The position numbers and the translations under genes are program-made. A stretch of 32,000 nt of DNA from contig DAISIT010000002.1 in NCBI GenBank assembly GCA_036821845.1, forward strand, positions 77,850-109,849. Reading direction: 5' to 3'. Of the stretch, positions 9,419-17,922 are shown piece by piece. Every line of letters starts with the position of its first letter. The first letter of the stretch is position 1. Below the pieces are notes generated by a model that saw only the letters and a list, made by a program, of their open reading frames with translations, did no database searches and was not told the origin of the DNA. The stretch is from Hyphomicrobiaceae bacterium (GTDB lineage Bacteria > Pseudomonadota > Alphaproteobacteria > Rhizobiales > Hyphomicrobiaceae).

Positions 9419-10654
9419 GTGATGCTCATGCCAAACCCGCAGTACATGAAGCATCGTCTGCAACGTATCGTTTCGAACTATGGGCTTGGTGTTGCCCTTC
9501 GGATCATCGCGCACCGGCTTCTTTTGAAACCACTGATCCCTCTGATGCAGCCCTTGGCTCGTCGCCGGCTGTCGCGCTGGATTTCTGAAGCCGACTCGAA
9601 TCGCGTCATTCTGATCCGATCCACCCTGGACTTGGCTTATCCCTACCGGCAGCGGGTCCATCACATGGCCCTGGAACTGGCCCGGCAGGGCTGGCGCGTG
9701 GTGTTCGTTACGCCGTCCACGGGGCATGATCCCGTGCTTATCGCGGCGGGCGGCCCCAACGGGATCGTCGTCACACCTCACGGTGAGGTGGCGATGACGC
9801 TTGTTGACCGGCCAGCGTACCTCGCCCTATCGACCGACACGACACTGGGCCAGGCTGACATCGACCGCGTGCTCGCCCGTGGCGGGCGGGTGATATACGA
9901 CTACATCGACCATATGGACGACGCCGTCAGCAGCCATCCGATCCCGGTGGAGCGGATGCGACTGCACGAGCGGCTCTTGGCCGACGAAGAGAACGTCCTG
10001 GTGCTCGCGACCGCCGATGCGCTGATGCAAGACGTTGCTTCCCGGCGCCGGCGCAACATGCTGCTGGTGACCAATGGCGTCGATGTGGAGCGATTCAAGG
10101 GTGTCGCGCGGGTTGCGACGGGGCTTCGCGCTGACTTTGCTCGGATCGTTGCTCGCGGCCGCCCGCTGCTCGGCTATTACGGGTCGTTAGCGAGCTGGTT
10201 CGACTACGGCCTCGTGCGGGAGCTGGCCGAGGCCCGGCCGGGCTTCGACGTGGTGCTCGTCGGCCTGGATCTCGACGGCACCGGAACCGCCCTCGCCGGC
10301 CCGCCCGACAACCTCTTCGTGCTACCCGCCATGGCTTACGAGGATCTCCCCCGACATGCCGCCTGGTTCGACGTGTGCCTCGTGCCTTTCGTGGTGAACG
10401 ACATCACTCTCGCGACCTCACCGTTGAAGATCTTCGAGTACATGGCTCTAGCTAAGCCGACCGTGTCCACCGACCTGCCGGAATGCCGCAAGTACCGCTC
10501 CGTCCTCATCGCCGACGCGGACAGTTTCGCACATGCCTGCGACAGCGCGCTCTCCCTGAAGGATGACCCCGCCTTTCAGGCGATCGCGCTCGCGGAGAGC
10601 GAGAAGAACAGCTGGGGGCGGAAGGTGGGGGATTTCATCCAAGCGGCGAAGTAA
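9419..10654 (+). CDS. GT-B fold glycosyltransferase (GT1/GT4-like, 411 aa)
   Basis: The C-terminal motif SPLKIFEYMALAKPTVSTDLPE is of E-x7-E type. gaggag lies 6-9 nt upstream of GTG 9419 / ATG 9422. It is homologous to residues ~655-995 of the 1251-aa protein. Confidence 0.8.
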   Translation: MMLMPNPQYMKHRLQRIVSNYGLGVALRIIAHRLLLKPLIPLMQPLARRRLSRWISEADSNRVILIRSTLDLAYPYRQRVHHMALELARQGWRVVFVTPSTGHDPVLIAAGGPNGIVVTPHGEVAMTLVDRPAYLALSTDTTLGQADIDRVLARGGRVIYDYIDHMDDAVSSHPIPVERMRLHERLLADEENVLVLATADALMQDVASRRRRNMLLVTNGVDVERFKGVARVATGLRADFARIVARGRPLLGYYGSLASWFDYGLVRELAEARPGFDVVLVGLDLDGTGTALAGPPDNLFVLPAMAYEDLPRHAAWFDVCLVPFVVNDITLATSPLKIFEYMALAKPTVSTDLPECRKYRSVLIADADSFAHACDSALSLKDDPAFQAIALAESEKNSWGRKVGDFIQAAK

Positions 10655-10715
10655 GCGCCAGAAGTCGCAGAGGGACTATAGTTGACGTCCCTATGACGCG
10701 CTACCGCCATGAGCA

Positions 10716-13700
10716 CTACACAGGCGGTGGCTTCAACAAATTGATTTCACGATACCAAGAATTCCTGAATGTCTCAGAATTTCTTTTAAAAAGCGCTTGG
10801 TACTCCGCAGATCCCGAACCCGCACCCGTTGTTTGATGCGGCTGATGCCGGATACCAGAAAGGTCACGATAGGCGAGTTCGTACCCTAAACTCTTTATGC
10901 GCAAGGCAAAATCTGTATCTTCGAAACAAGTCGGGTCATATCGCTCATCGAAGCCCCCGGTCCGCATGAGAATATCTCGGCGCGCGAAAAGCCCTCCTGT
11001 TCCGATGTAGTGCACATCAGTACGAAATCCGCGCATCACATACTCGTGGTTGTCAGTTCCACGCTTTGGCAGATAGTCGACGATCGGTCCTCCGAGATGA
11101 TCTGCCTTAAGATCAAACCAGCCAGCTGCCCAGCCAACCGCGCCAATCTTATGGTTTTCTTGCAGAATACTCAGCGCTTCTGCAAAGCCGAACTCGCTCG
11201 TGAACCATTGATCGCTGTCAAAGAAAGCAATGAATTCTCCCGAACTCCGCGACAGACCGATATTGCGCCCGGACGAGCAGCCATTTTTTTCATTCCTTAT
11301 GAGGATGACGTCAGGATGTTTTTCGCGCACCATGGCGGGGCCATTGTCGTGACTGCAGTTATCAACAACAATTATTTCCTTTAGATATTTCGATGCATGC
11401 AGCTTTAAGGTGGTCAGGCACCGATCAATTATCCTCTCATTGTTGTGCATGAGAATGATCGCCGATATGCAGCTTACACCAGGAAGACGCGCGAGTTCTG
11501 CGGCGCGCTGCCCCCAAGTGTTCTCGGAAATGAAAAGATCCACTGAGCTCCGGATGGCGGGAGGCACTTGACACAGACGCGCGAAATGGCCGGGATCTTC
11601 CGCAAACGACACATTTGGATAGTCGGCAATCTCGGGTAACCTCGTCGCGATGACCGGCTTACCCATTGCAAGATACTCAAAGATCTTTATAGGTGACACG
11701 GCATCTGAAATTTTGCCTGGGATAAATGGTAGGAGCGCAGCGTCGCAATGCTGCAGATATGCTGGAAGCTGATCAATCAGCCTCGGACCAATAAGCTTGA
11801 CATTGCTCGGCATCGAAATGCCGGGAGGGATATCTCCAATCAGTATGATGTCAGTTCCGGGACATGCGAGCGCCGCTTCCTCAATGTAATTCCAGCCAAA
11901 CCACTCACCATATAGCGAGCCATAATAGAGAAGTGTCGGCCGAGCCGGATCATACTCAGACGGACGAGGCCAGAACCTATAATGGTCAAATATTGAATCG
12001 TTCACAGCATTCGGAAGGTAGAGTGCGTCAGCGCGCCCTTTTTCGACAAGAGAATCGACTAGTTTCCGTGCAGTTCCAACAACAACATCGGATTTCTGGA
12101 CAAATTCATCGTAGATTTCTTCACGGAACCAGTCTCCGCCTAACGACGTGTCCCACGCGTCGATGACCTCAAATACCGTCCGGTAACTACGGTTCCGCGC
12201 CTCTTCAAGCCAAGGGCGAAATCGATCGACTGGCGCCTGAAATATAACAACGGCATTTTCGCCGAGAGTCGAAAGCAAATTGCCCGGTTCAGTGTTGTCA
12301 AGAAACCGATGCTCAAGGCGAGGAAGATTGATGTCACTATCAACCTGTGCGCCGATCTCGAAATCGTACTTTCTAAATGCATGTAGATATACAACACGAA
12401 AACCTGCATTTAGTAGAACGCGTGTGATCTGAGCACTCCTCTGACCGCCTCCAACGTCATCAAATGGGAGGGTGGCAAGCATCAGCACGGTGACTGGATG
12501 TAAAATACGAACCGATTTATCTTCGGCGGCCGTCCAATGTTCATGATTATTCGAGCGTTTTGTTACTTTTATCTTATGGACGACCCTTTTGTAAACCCAA
12601 CGAGATGTAGCAAGCAAACCTGAGCTTCGCGTCTGGTGGTAGAGAAACTTCGTGACGGAGATCAAGCGTGAAAGGTGTGTCATAGCAGTCCGAACGGGAG
12701 CCGTTATCGTCCAAGACGTCGAGCGCTGAAGAGCACCGACGAGGTACTCCAGATCATTCCGCCGCTGGTCGACCGCAGCGAGCTGCATACGAGACGCTTC
12801 TAGGGCCGCCTGAACGGAGGACAGCGCGGCCTGAGTAGCGGAGAGCTGAGCCGTAGCCGCGGACAACTCGGATTGATATGCGGTCGCCGAAGCGGCTGCA
12901 CTTTCCAACTCGTCTTTAAGCTTCGCTCGCTCATCATCAGCCGTTCGAAGAGCTGCCTCAAGCTGATCGCGCTCCTCTTGGAATTTTTGGTGTGCCTCGA
13001 ACAACGCCTGAGACGCGACTTCGAGCTGTGCCTCAATACGTTCCTTGTCGCTTGCAGCCTCGGCGAGACTGGTACGGGCGGCCTCTAGATGCTCCTCGGC
13101 CTCTTGGGCTCGCATCGTTTCAACCTGCAAGCGTTGCGAGAACAGAGCCGCAGCCTGGATAACGTCGTCGCGCTCCGCCCTGAGGCCGTCACGGATCGCC
13201 GCGAACTCATCTTGAAGGTGGCTGATCTCTTGGTGGAGGGACGCGATCGCGGCTTGGTTTTGCGCGCGGGCGGCGCTCTCAGGGATCACGGGGCACCCCG
13301 TCAGCCCCTCTGCCAAGCGCGCCAACTCCTCGTCCGCCCAGACCGGCGCGTCCACGAGGCCGCGCAAACGAACGGCGTCGAGGAGCGCCTGGACGAGCGG
13401 GCTTTCGAGGGCCGGGAGAGTGTTGACGTAATCCAAGTAGGAGGCCCACAGCGCTCGCTCGTCCCGATGGGCCGCGATCCACGGGCGCAGGCGGTAACGC
13501 TCGGGATGACGCGCGAGCCCTTCCAAGTCGGCTGCAAGGGACGGATCGTCAAGCGTCGGCAGCCCTCGACCCGACAGGTTCCAGAACGCCGCCTCTTTAA
13601 GCTGCGCCTCGGCCAACAAACCTTTCACGCCGTCATAGCCGACCAAGAGGCACGGTTTGTCCCGAGCCGCCGCCTCCAGCAGCACGCGCCCCATGCCCGC

Positions 13701-14471
13701 CACTATCGAGTAATCTGCCATGACGTTCGGCAGGTCCGACCGCCAGCCGCATAAGCGGACGAAGGATGCCGCCGGTTCGACCTCCACCCGAGACCGCAAA
13801 GCCTCGATCGCCGGACCATCCCCGAAGACGTGGAGCGTTCGGCCAAGGGACTTCGCTCTATCGATGAGGTCGAGCAACCCCACGAGCTTGGCGTCATCGA
13901 TCCGGCCCGCCCACATCCAGGGCGCATCGTCTGCGGCTTGGACGAGATCCTCCGTGGGCAGCGCGACGCCATTGGGCAGCAGCAACGTATCGTTACTGCC
14001 GGCGGCCTTGCACAGCAGCTGAACCTCCGGGGAGACACAAAGGACGCCGCTGGCGCATCGGAGCGCGGCCGAGCGGAAGATCAGGTCCGGAAGCGATCCC
14101 AGCCCCCCCGAAACCGACAGAGGACCGTGCAGGGTGAGCACCAAGGGCAGGCGCGCTTGCTGCGCCACGAACAAGCCTACGAGCGTGCTGAAGAATGGAT
14201 GGGCATGGATCGCATCGGCGCCCTCGCTGCGGGCGAATGCCACGAGCCGGGCGATTGTCTCGCGCAGCTCAAGGAACGTGACGCCGCTCCCCATCGGCAC
14301 ACCGGTGATAGTAGCGACGAATATCCCGTCGGGAACATCGTCAGCCGAGGACCCGGTCGCGAGGACCAGATCCACTCCCTGCGAGGCCAGAACGCGGGCT
14401 TGCCCGGCGACCTGGCTTTCCAATCCTCCGCCTCGGAAGGTCTCGCTGATTACAAGGATTTTCTTTGTCAA
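10716..14471 (-). CDS. Multidomain polysaccharide glycosyltransferase: GT-B (GT4-like), ~185-aa coiled coil, GT-B, GT-A (GT2)
   Basis: aa 1-390 (MTKKILVISETFRGGGLE...) are GT4-like. aa ~398-583 are a proline-free Ala/Glu/Gln/Leu heptad-like stretch. aa ~655-995 are GT-B (SPIKIFEYLAMGKPVIATRLPE). aa ~1000-1251 are GT2 (IIVVDNCSHD, FFDSDQW, CFEDTDF). The TTG start lies 1 nt after the wzt stop. Confidence 0.85.
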   Translation of the reverse strand: MTKKILVISETFRGGGLESQVAGQARVLASQGVDLVLATGSSADDVPDGIFVATITGVPMGSGVTFLELRETIARLVAFARSEGADAIHAHPFFSTLVGLFVAQQARLPLVLTLHGPLSVSGGLGSLPDLIFRSAALRCASGVLCVSPEVQLLCKAAGSNDTLLLPNGVALPTEDLVQAADDAPWMWAGRIDDAKLVGLLDLIDRAKSLGRTLHVFGDGPAIEALRSRVEVEPAASFVRLCGWRSDLPNVMADYSIVAGMGRVLLEAAARDKPCLLVGYDGVKGLLAEAQLKEAAFWNLSGRGLPTLDDPSLAADLEGLARHPERYRLRPWIAAHRDERALWASYLDYVNTLPALESPLVQALLDAVRLRGLVDAPVWADEELARLAEGLTGCPVIPESAARAQNQAAIASLHQEISHLQDEFAAIRDGLRAERDDVIQAAALFSQRLQVETMRAQEAEEHLEAARTSLAEAASDKERIEAQLEVASQALFEAHQKFQEERDQLEAALRTADDERAKLKDELESAAASATAYQSELSAATAQLSATQAALSSVQAALEASRMQLAAVDQRRNDLEYLVGALQRSTSWTITAPVRTAMTHLSRLISVTKFLYHQTRSSGLLATSRWVYKRVVHKIKVTKRSNNHEHWTAAEDKSVRILHPVTVLMLATLPFDDVGGGQRSAQITRVLLNAGFRVVYLHAFRKYDFEIGAQVDSDINLPRLEHRFLDNTEPGNLLSTLGENAVVIFQAPVDRFRPWLEEARNRSYRTVFEVIDAWDTSLGGDWFREEIYDEFVQKSDVVVGTARKLVDSLVEKGRADALYLPNAVNDSIFDHYRFWPRPSEYDPARPTLLYYGSLYGEWFGWNYIEEAALACPGTDIILIGDIPPGISMPSNVKLIGPRLIDQLPAYLQHCDAALLPFIPGKISDAVSPIKIFEYLAMGKPVIATRLPEIADYPNVSFAEDPGHFARLCQVPPAIRSSVDLFISENTWGQRAAELARLPGVSCISAIILMHNNERIIDRCLTTLKLHASKYLKEIIVVDNCSHDNGPAMVREKHPDVILIRNEKNGCSSGRNIGLSRSSGEFIAFFDSDQWFTSEFGFAEALSILQENHKIGAVGWAAGWFDLKADHLGGPIVDYLPKRGTDNHEYVMRGFRTDVHYIGTGGLFARRDILMRTGGFDERYDPTCFEDTDFALRIKSLGYELAYRDLSGIRHQPHQTTGAGSGSAEYQALFKRNSETFRNSWYREINLLKPPPV

Positions 14472-14472
14472 T

Positions 14473-15798
14473 TCAGGAGCTCCGAACGAAGTCGATGCTG
14501 ACGGGAAGGTAGGCTATGCCGGTTGCCTTGATTCTGGGTTCGGATACCTTGAATATAATCGCGTCGCTTCGTTTGTCGAGATACTGCATCTCGGCTCGCG
14601 ATATCGGCGACGCTATCGCGAGGGACACAAAGTATATTCCTTCGCATAGCGATAGAACAACATCAAAGACAACAGTTATTGTTTCGCCAGATTTTATGTT
14701 TGTCTGGTTGTTATTGTGGTACAGCGTACTCGTGCCAAATCCGTGCACGCCCTCGACAGTCTTGATGCTCAAGCCGACCTGCATCTCGTCCAGATCCTTG
14801 AGGCATCTCACCTGCATTGTGATGCGGGCCTTGTTGCCTGGATGGAAGACCTCCTGCTGCTCGTCACGGGAATCGGTCATGGAGCATGAGACGATCTGCG
14901 CCCGGACTTCCTCGTGCACTTCCGCTGCGCCGTCCTCGGTTGGCGGGGTCTCGGCCGCAGAGGTGGAAACCTCAGCAGCAGGCGCCGCGTAATCGGCGAG
15001 CGCCTCTCGGTTCAGAATCTGCAGGTATGCTTTCTCATCGGCATAGAGCAGGGCGTGGTACTGGTCCACGATGATGTTGCTGGGTCCGATGCCGTGAACG
15101 ACCCCCTGATGCAGCAGAACGGCGCGCTGGCAGAAGCGTTCGATCGTCGTGGTGGAATGCGTCACCAGCAGGATGGACGCACCCCGCTCCCGGAGGGTCT
15201 CGAAGCGATCGAAGCACTTGCGCTGGAACTTCTCATCGCCGACGGCCAGCGCCTCGTCCACGATAAGGATATCCGGATCGATACAGGCCTGAACCGCGAA
15301 GGCGACGCGGACGTACATCCCGCTTGAGTAAGTCTTCACCGGCCTGTCGAAGAACGCCCCGATATCCGCGAAGGACTCGATCGACGCCATCCGATCCGCG
15401 ATCTCGCGATCGGACAGGCCGAGAATTTGGGCATTCAGGATGGCGTTCTGGCGGCCCGTGAATTCCAGGTTGAAGCCGGCGCCGAGTTCGAGCAGCGCGC
15501 CGATGCGACCGCGAACCGCCACATCGCCTCCAGTCGGTGAGAGGGTTCCGCAGATGATCTGCAGCAGGGTCGACTTGCCCGATCCGTTGCGGCCGATGAT
15601 CCCGACGGTCTCCCCCGGTCGCACGCTGAAGCTCACGTCGCGCAGCGCGTGGTGCTCCTTAAAGTAGGCTCGCGGCTCGCGCCCAATCGCCCGCATCAGG
15701 CGGGGCACGAGCATCTGCTTCAGGCGCGCGGAAGGGTGGTCATAGATGAGGTAGGACTTGCTGAGGTTCCTTACCTCGATCACGGCCTCAGAGGACAT
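14473..15798 (-). CDS. wzt: Polysaccharide ABC exporter ATP-binding protein with a C-terminal carbohydrate-binding domain (Wzt type)
   Basis: Has Walker A GRNGSGKST, signature YSSGM, Walker B ILIVDEAL, then an Ala/Pro/Glu linker and a ~145-aa beta-rich C-terminal domain like Wzt_C. It overlaps the wzm stop by 11 nt. Confidence 0.9.
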   Translation of the reverse strand: MSSEAVIEVRNLSKSYLIYDHPSARLKQMLVPRLMRAIGREPRAYFKEHHALRDVSFSVRPGETVGIIGRNGSGKSTLLQIICGTLSPTGGDVAVRGRIGALLELGAGFNLEFTGRQNAILNAQILGLSDREIADRMASIESFADIGAFFDRPVKTYSSGMYVRVAFAVQACIDPDILIVDEALAVGDEKFQRKCFDRFETLRERGASILLVTHSTTTIERFCQRAVLLHQGVVHGIGPSNIIVDQYHALLYADEKAYLQILNREALADYAAPAAEVSTSAAETPPTEDGAAEVHEEVRAQIVSCSMTDSRDEQQEVFHPGNKARITMQVRCLKDLDEMQVGLSIKTVEGVHGFGTSTLYHNNNQTNIKSGETITVVFDVVLSLCEGIYFVSLAIASPISRAEMQYLDKRSDAIIFKVSEPRIKATGIAYLPVSIDFVRSS

Positions 15799-16609
15799 CG
15801 GCGAAAGCCTTTCGTGTCTTGGCGAACCAGAGATAGCCCAGGATCGCGACCGCGCCGCCCACGCCGGCGTAAATCGCCAACCCGACCGCGTCGGGAGCCT
15901 GGCCGAAGAGCAGGGCGCGCCGCGCCTGCTCCATCGGGAACGTCAGCGGGTTGAGCCAGATCCAGGCACGAAATTCCTCCGGCAAGGTCCCGGCAGGGTA
16001 GAACAAGGGAGACAGGAACATCAGCATCGTAATGGCTATACCGACGACCTGGGCGATGTCGCGCACGAAGGTGCCAAAGGACGCGAGAAACCACATCAGC
16101 CCAAGCATGAGCATCACGAATGGCGCCAGGATGACAGGAAACCACAAGCCCACCCAGTGGAGGTCGACCTGGAGCAGGAAAGCCATGATGAGGAAGACCG
16201 CGATGCCTACCGCCAGGTTGAACAGTGCGACGAGCAGGGCCACCAGGGGCAGGATCTCGAGCGGGAATACCAATTTCTTCACATAGTTGGCGTTCGCGAG
16301 GATCAACGTGGGCGCGCGGCCGACGGCCTCGCTGAACAAGTTGTAAACCAGGAGACCAATGAACAAGGCCATGGTGAAGTTGATCGGGGCCTGCCCGGTT
16401 TCCGCCCACCGGGTCCGAAAGAGGGTCCCAAACACGAAGCTGTAGATCGCGACGGTCAATAGCGTCTGGACGACGTACCAGCCGATGCCGCCGAACGACC
16501 CCTTGTAACGCGCCTCGATTTCCCGTCGGGCCAGCGCCATGATGAGGGGCCAGCGGTTCAGGAGGCCGCTAATCCCCGTCCTCGCTTCGGCTGTTGCTTG
16601 CACGCTCAT
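15788..16609 (-). CDS. wzm: Polysaccharide ABC exporter permease (ABC-2 type, Wzm)
   Basis: Six-TM ABC-2 pattern with the ALARREIEARYKGSFGGIGWYVVQ motif. I chose the ATG at 16609 (MSVQATAE...) because it forms an ATGA overlap with the wecB stop and has ggagag upstream. The track ORF extends to 16654. Confidence 0.85.
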   Translation of the reverse strand: MSVQATAEARTGISGLLNRWPLIMALARREIEARYKGSFGGIGWYVVQTLLTVAIYSFVFGTLFRTRWAETGQAPINFTMALFIGLLVYNLFSEAVGRAPTLILANANYVKKLVFPLEILPLVALLVALFNLAVGIAVFLIMAFLLQVDLHWVGLWFPVILAPFVMLMLGLMWFLASFGTFVRDIAQVVGIAITMLMFLSPLFYPAGTLPEEFRAWIWLNPLTFPMEQARRALLFGQAPDAVGLAIYAGVGGAVAILGYLWFAKTRKAFADVL

Positions 16610-17736
16610 CTCTCCAGGCTTCCGTTGGCGTCCCGCGTCAGGAAGTTGTAGCACAGGTCCACGATACGGCGGGCCGCCTGCCCGTCCCCGTAGGGCGAAC
16701 CGCCCTTGGCCATTCTAGCGTATTCCGCCTCGTCCGTGAGCAGACGCTTCGTCTCGCGGACGATCGTCGCCCTATCGGTTCCAACCAAACGAGCGACCCC
16801 CGCCTGTACAGCTTCGGGACGTTCTGTTTCCTCACGCAAGACCAGAACGGGCTTGCCTAAGGCTGGCGCCTCCTCCTGTATGCCGCCACTGTCGGTGAGA
16901 ATCAACGTGGAGCGCTTCATCAGCATTACGAGATCCTGGTAGTCAGCCGGCGGGATTAGGTGCACCCGGTCCATGCCCGTCAGTGTGGCTTCAACCGGCC
17001 CGCGGATGTTCGGGTTGGGATGAACCGGATAGACAAACTCTAGATCAGGAAGACTGTCGTGGAGATCCCGGATCGCGTTGCAGATGGACAGGATAGGCTC
17101 ACCAAAGTTCTCGCGCCGATGCGCGGTCACCAGAATGAGGCGGCGGTCTGGCCTTGTCGGATAGGGGCATTGAATGTCGCGCTTCGCAACGTCCAGAAGG
17201 GCGTCAACCACGGTGTTCCCGGTTGTGTAAACGACGCTCTCCCGCACGCCCTCAGCAAGAAGATTGGCCCGTGCCTGTTCGGTCGGAGCAAAGTGGATAC
17301 CGCTCACCAAGCTTGTGACGACACGGTTCAATTCCTCCGGAAAGGGACGATGGATATCATGGGTACGAAGACCTGCCTCGACATGACCCACTGATATCTG
17401 CCTGTAGAATGCCGCTAGTGCTGCTACCATCACGGATGTTGTATCTCCCTGCACAAGCATCAGGTCGCATCCCTGAGAAGCCAATAAAGGATCAAACTTC
17501 GCAAATATCTTGCTGGTCAGCCCGGCGAGGCTTTGATTTGGTTCCATTACTTCGAGATCGTAATCAATCTGAATTGCAAAAAGTCTGAATATTTGTTGCA
17601 CCAATTCGCGATGCTGGCCAGTGCTCACGACAGTTACATTCGCCCAATCTTGTTTCAAAAACTCTTTGATAACTGGAGCCATCTTGATACACTCAGGTCT
17701 GGTGCCTACCAAACACACAACTTTAAATCTCTTCAC
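16606..17736 (-). CDS. wecB: UDP-N-acetylglucosamine 2-epimerase (non-hydrolysing)
   Basis: KVVCLVGTRPECIKMAPV, GLRTHD, HVEAGLRT and DSGGIQEEAPALGKPVLVLRE are WecB/MnaA hallmarks. I prefer the GTG at 17736 (aagga 9 nt upstream, giving 376 aa) over the TTG at 17796 in the track. Confidence 0.88.
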   Translation of the reverse strand: MKRFKVVCLVGTRPECIKMAPVIKEFLKQDWANVTVVSTGQHRELVQQIFRLFAIQIDYDLEVMEPNQSLAGLTSKIFAKFDPLLASQGCDLMLVQGDTTSVMVAALAAFYRQISVGHVEAGLRTHDIHRPFPEELNRVVTSLVSGIHFAPTEQARANLLAEGVRESVVYTTGNTVVDALLDVAKRDIQCPYPTRPDRRLILVTAHRRENFGEPILSICNAIRDLHDSLPDLEFVYPVHPNPNIRGPVEATLTGMDRVHLIPPADYQDLVMLMKRSTLILTDSGGIQEEAPALGKPVLVLREETERPEAVQAGVARLVGTDRATIVRETKRLLTDEAEYARMAKGGSPYGDGQAARRIVDLCYNFLTRDANGSLER

Positions 17737-17779
17737 GGTAAAAAATCCTTGCTTGTATTCATTCTTCAAGTTGGGTTGG

Positions 17780-17806
17780 ATTATACAAAACACCAAATGA
17801 ATTCAA
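17780..17806 (-). promoter_or_regulatory. Candidate sigma70-type promoter for the wecB-wzm-wzt-GT operon
   Basis: The minus strand reads TTGAAT (17806-17801), then 15 nt, then TATAAT (17785-17780), about 45 nt upstream of the wecB GTG. It lies in the AT-rich junction segment. Prediction by eye only. Confidence 0.3.
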
Positions 17807-17922
17807 TCACAAAATTGAATCTTTTCGCCCGGGGCAGCGCCTGCTTTGCGGCCAGCGGCGAAGATCGCCGCGGTGGCGACGACCACCGCGACGATGAGGG
17901 CCAGGGCGAACCAGCCGGTCAC
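17803..17922 (-). CDS. 39-aa single-pass membrane peptide (possible lysis accessory), below the ORF-track size cutoff
   Basis: The GTG at 17922 overlaps the upstream stop (GTGA). The product is VTGWFALALIVAVVVATAAIFAAGRKAGAAPGEKIQFCD. Its last ~6 codons lie in the AT-rich junction DNA. Confidence 0.4.
   Translation of the reverse strand: MTGWFALALIVAVVVATAAIFAAGRKAGAAPGEKIQFCD

Larger units (their letters stand above)
8156..17802. other. tRNA-flanked, compositionally mosaic ABC-transporter-dependent polysaccharide biosynthesis locus (genomic-island-like)
   Basis: It starts directly 3' of tRNA-fMet with an abrupt drop in GC. It contains three GT genes, wzm, wzt and wecB. It ends at a second abrupt GC jump at ~17822, where prophage DNA starts. 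Confidence 0.6.

Noticed and set aside
10671-10692. Hairpin agggac-tatagttgac-gtccct between the convergent GT genes, as a possible bidirectional terminator.
   Set aside because: It has only a 6-bp stem, a 10-nt loop and no flanking T/A runs, which is not convincing.
17737-17796. TTG start at 17796 for wecB (MVFCIIQPNLKNEYKQGFFTVKRF...).
   Set aside because: The extension precedes the conserved WecB N-terminus (KVVCLVGTRPE), uses TTG without an RBS and would contain the candidate promoter. The GTG at 17736 has aagga upstream and gives a typical length. This is not excluded experimentally.
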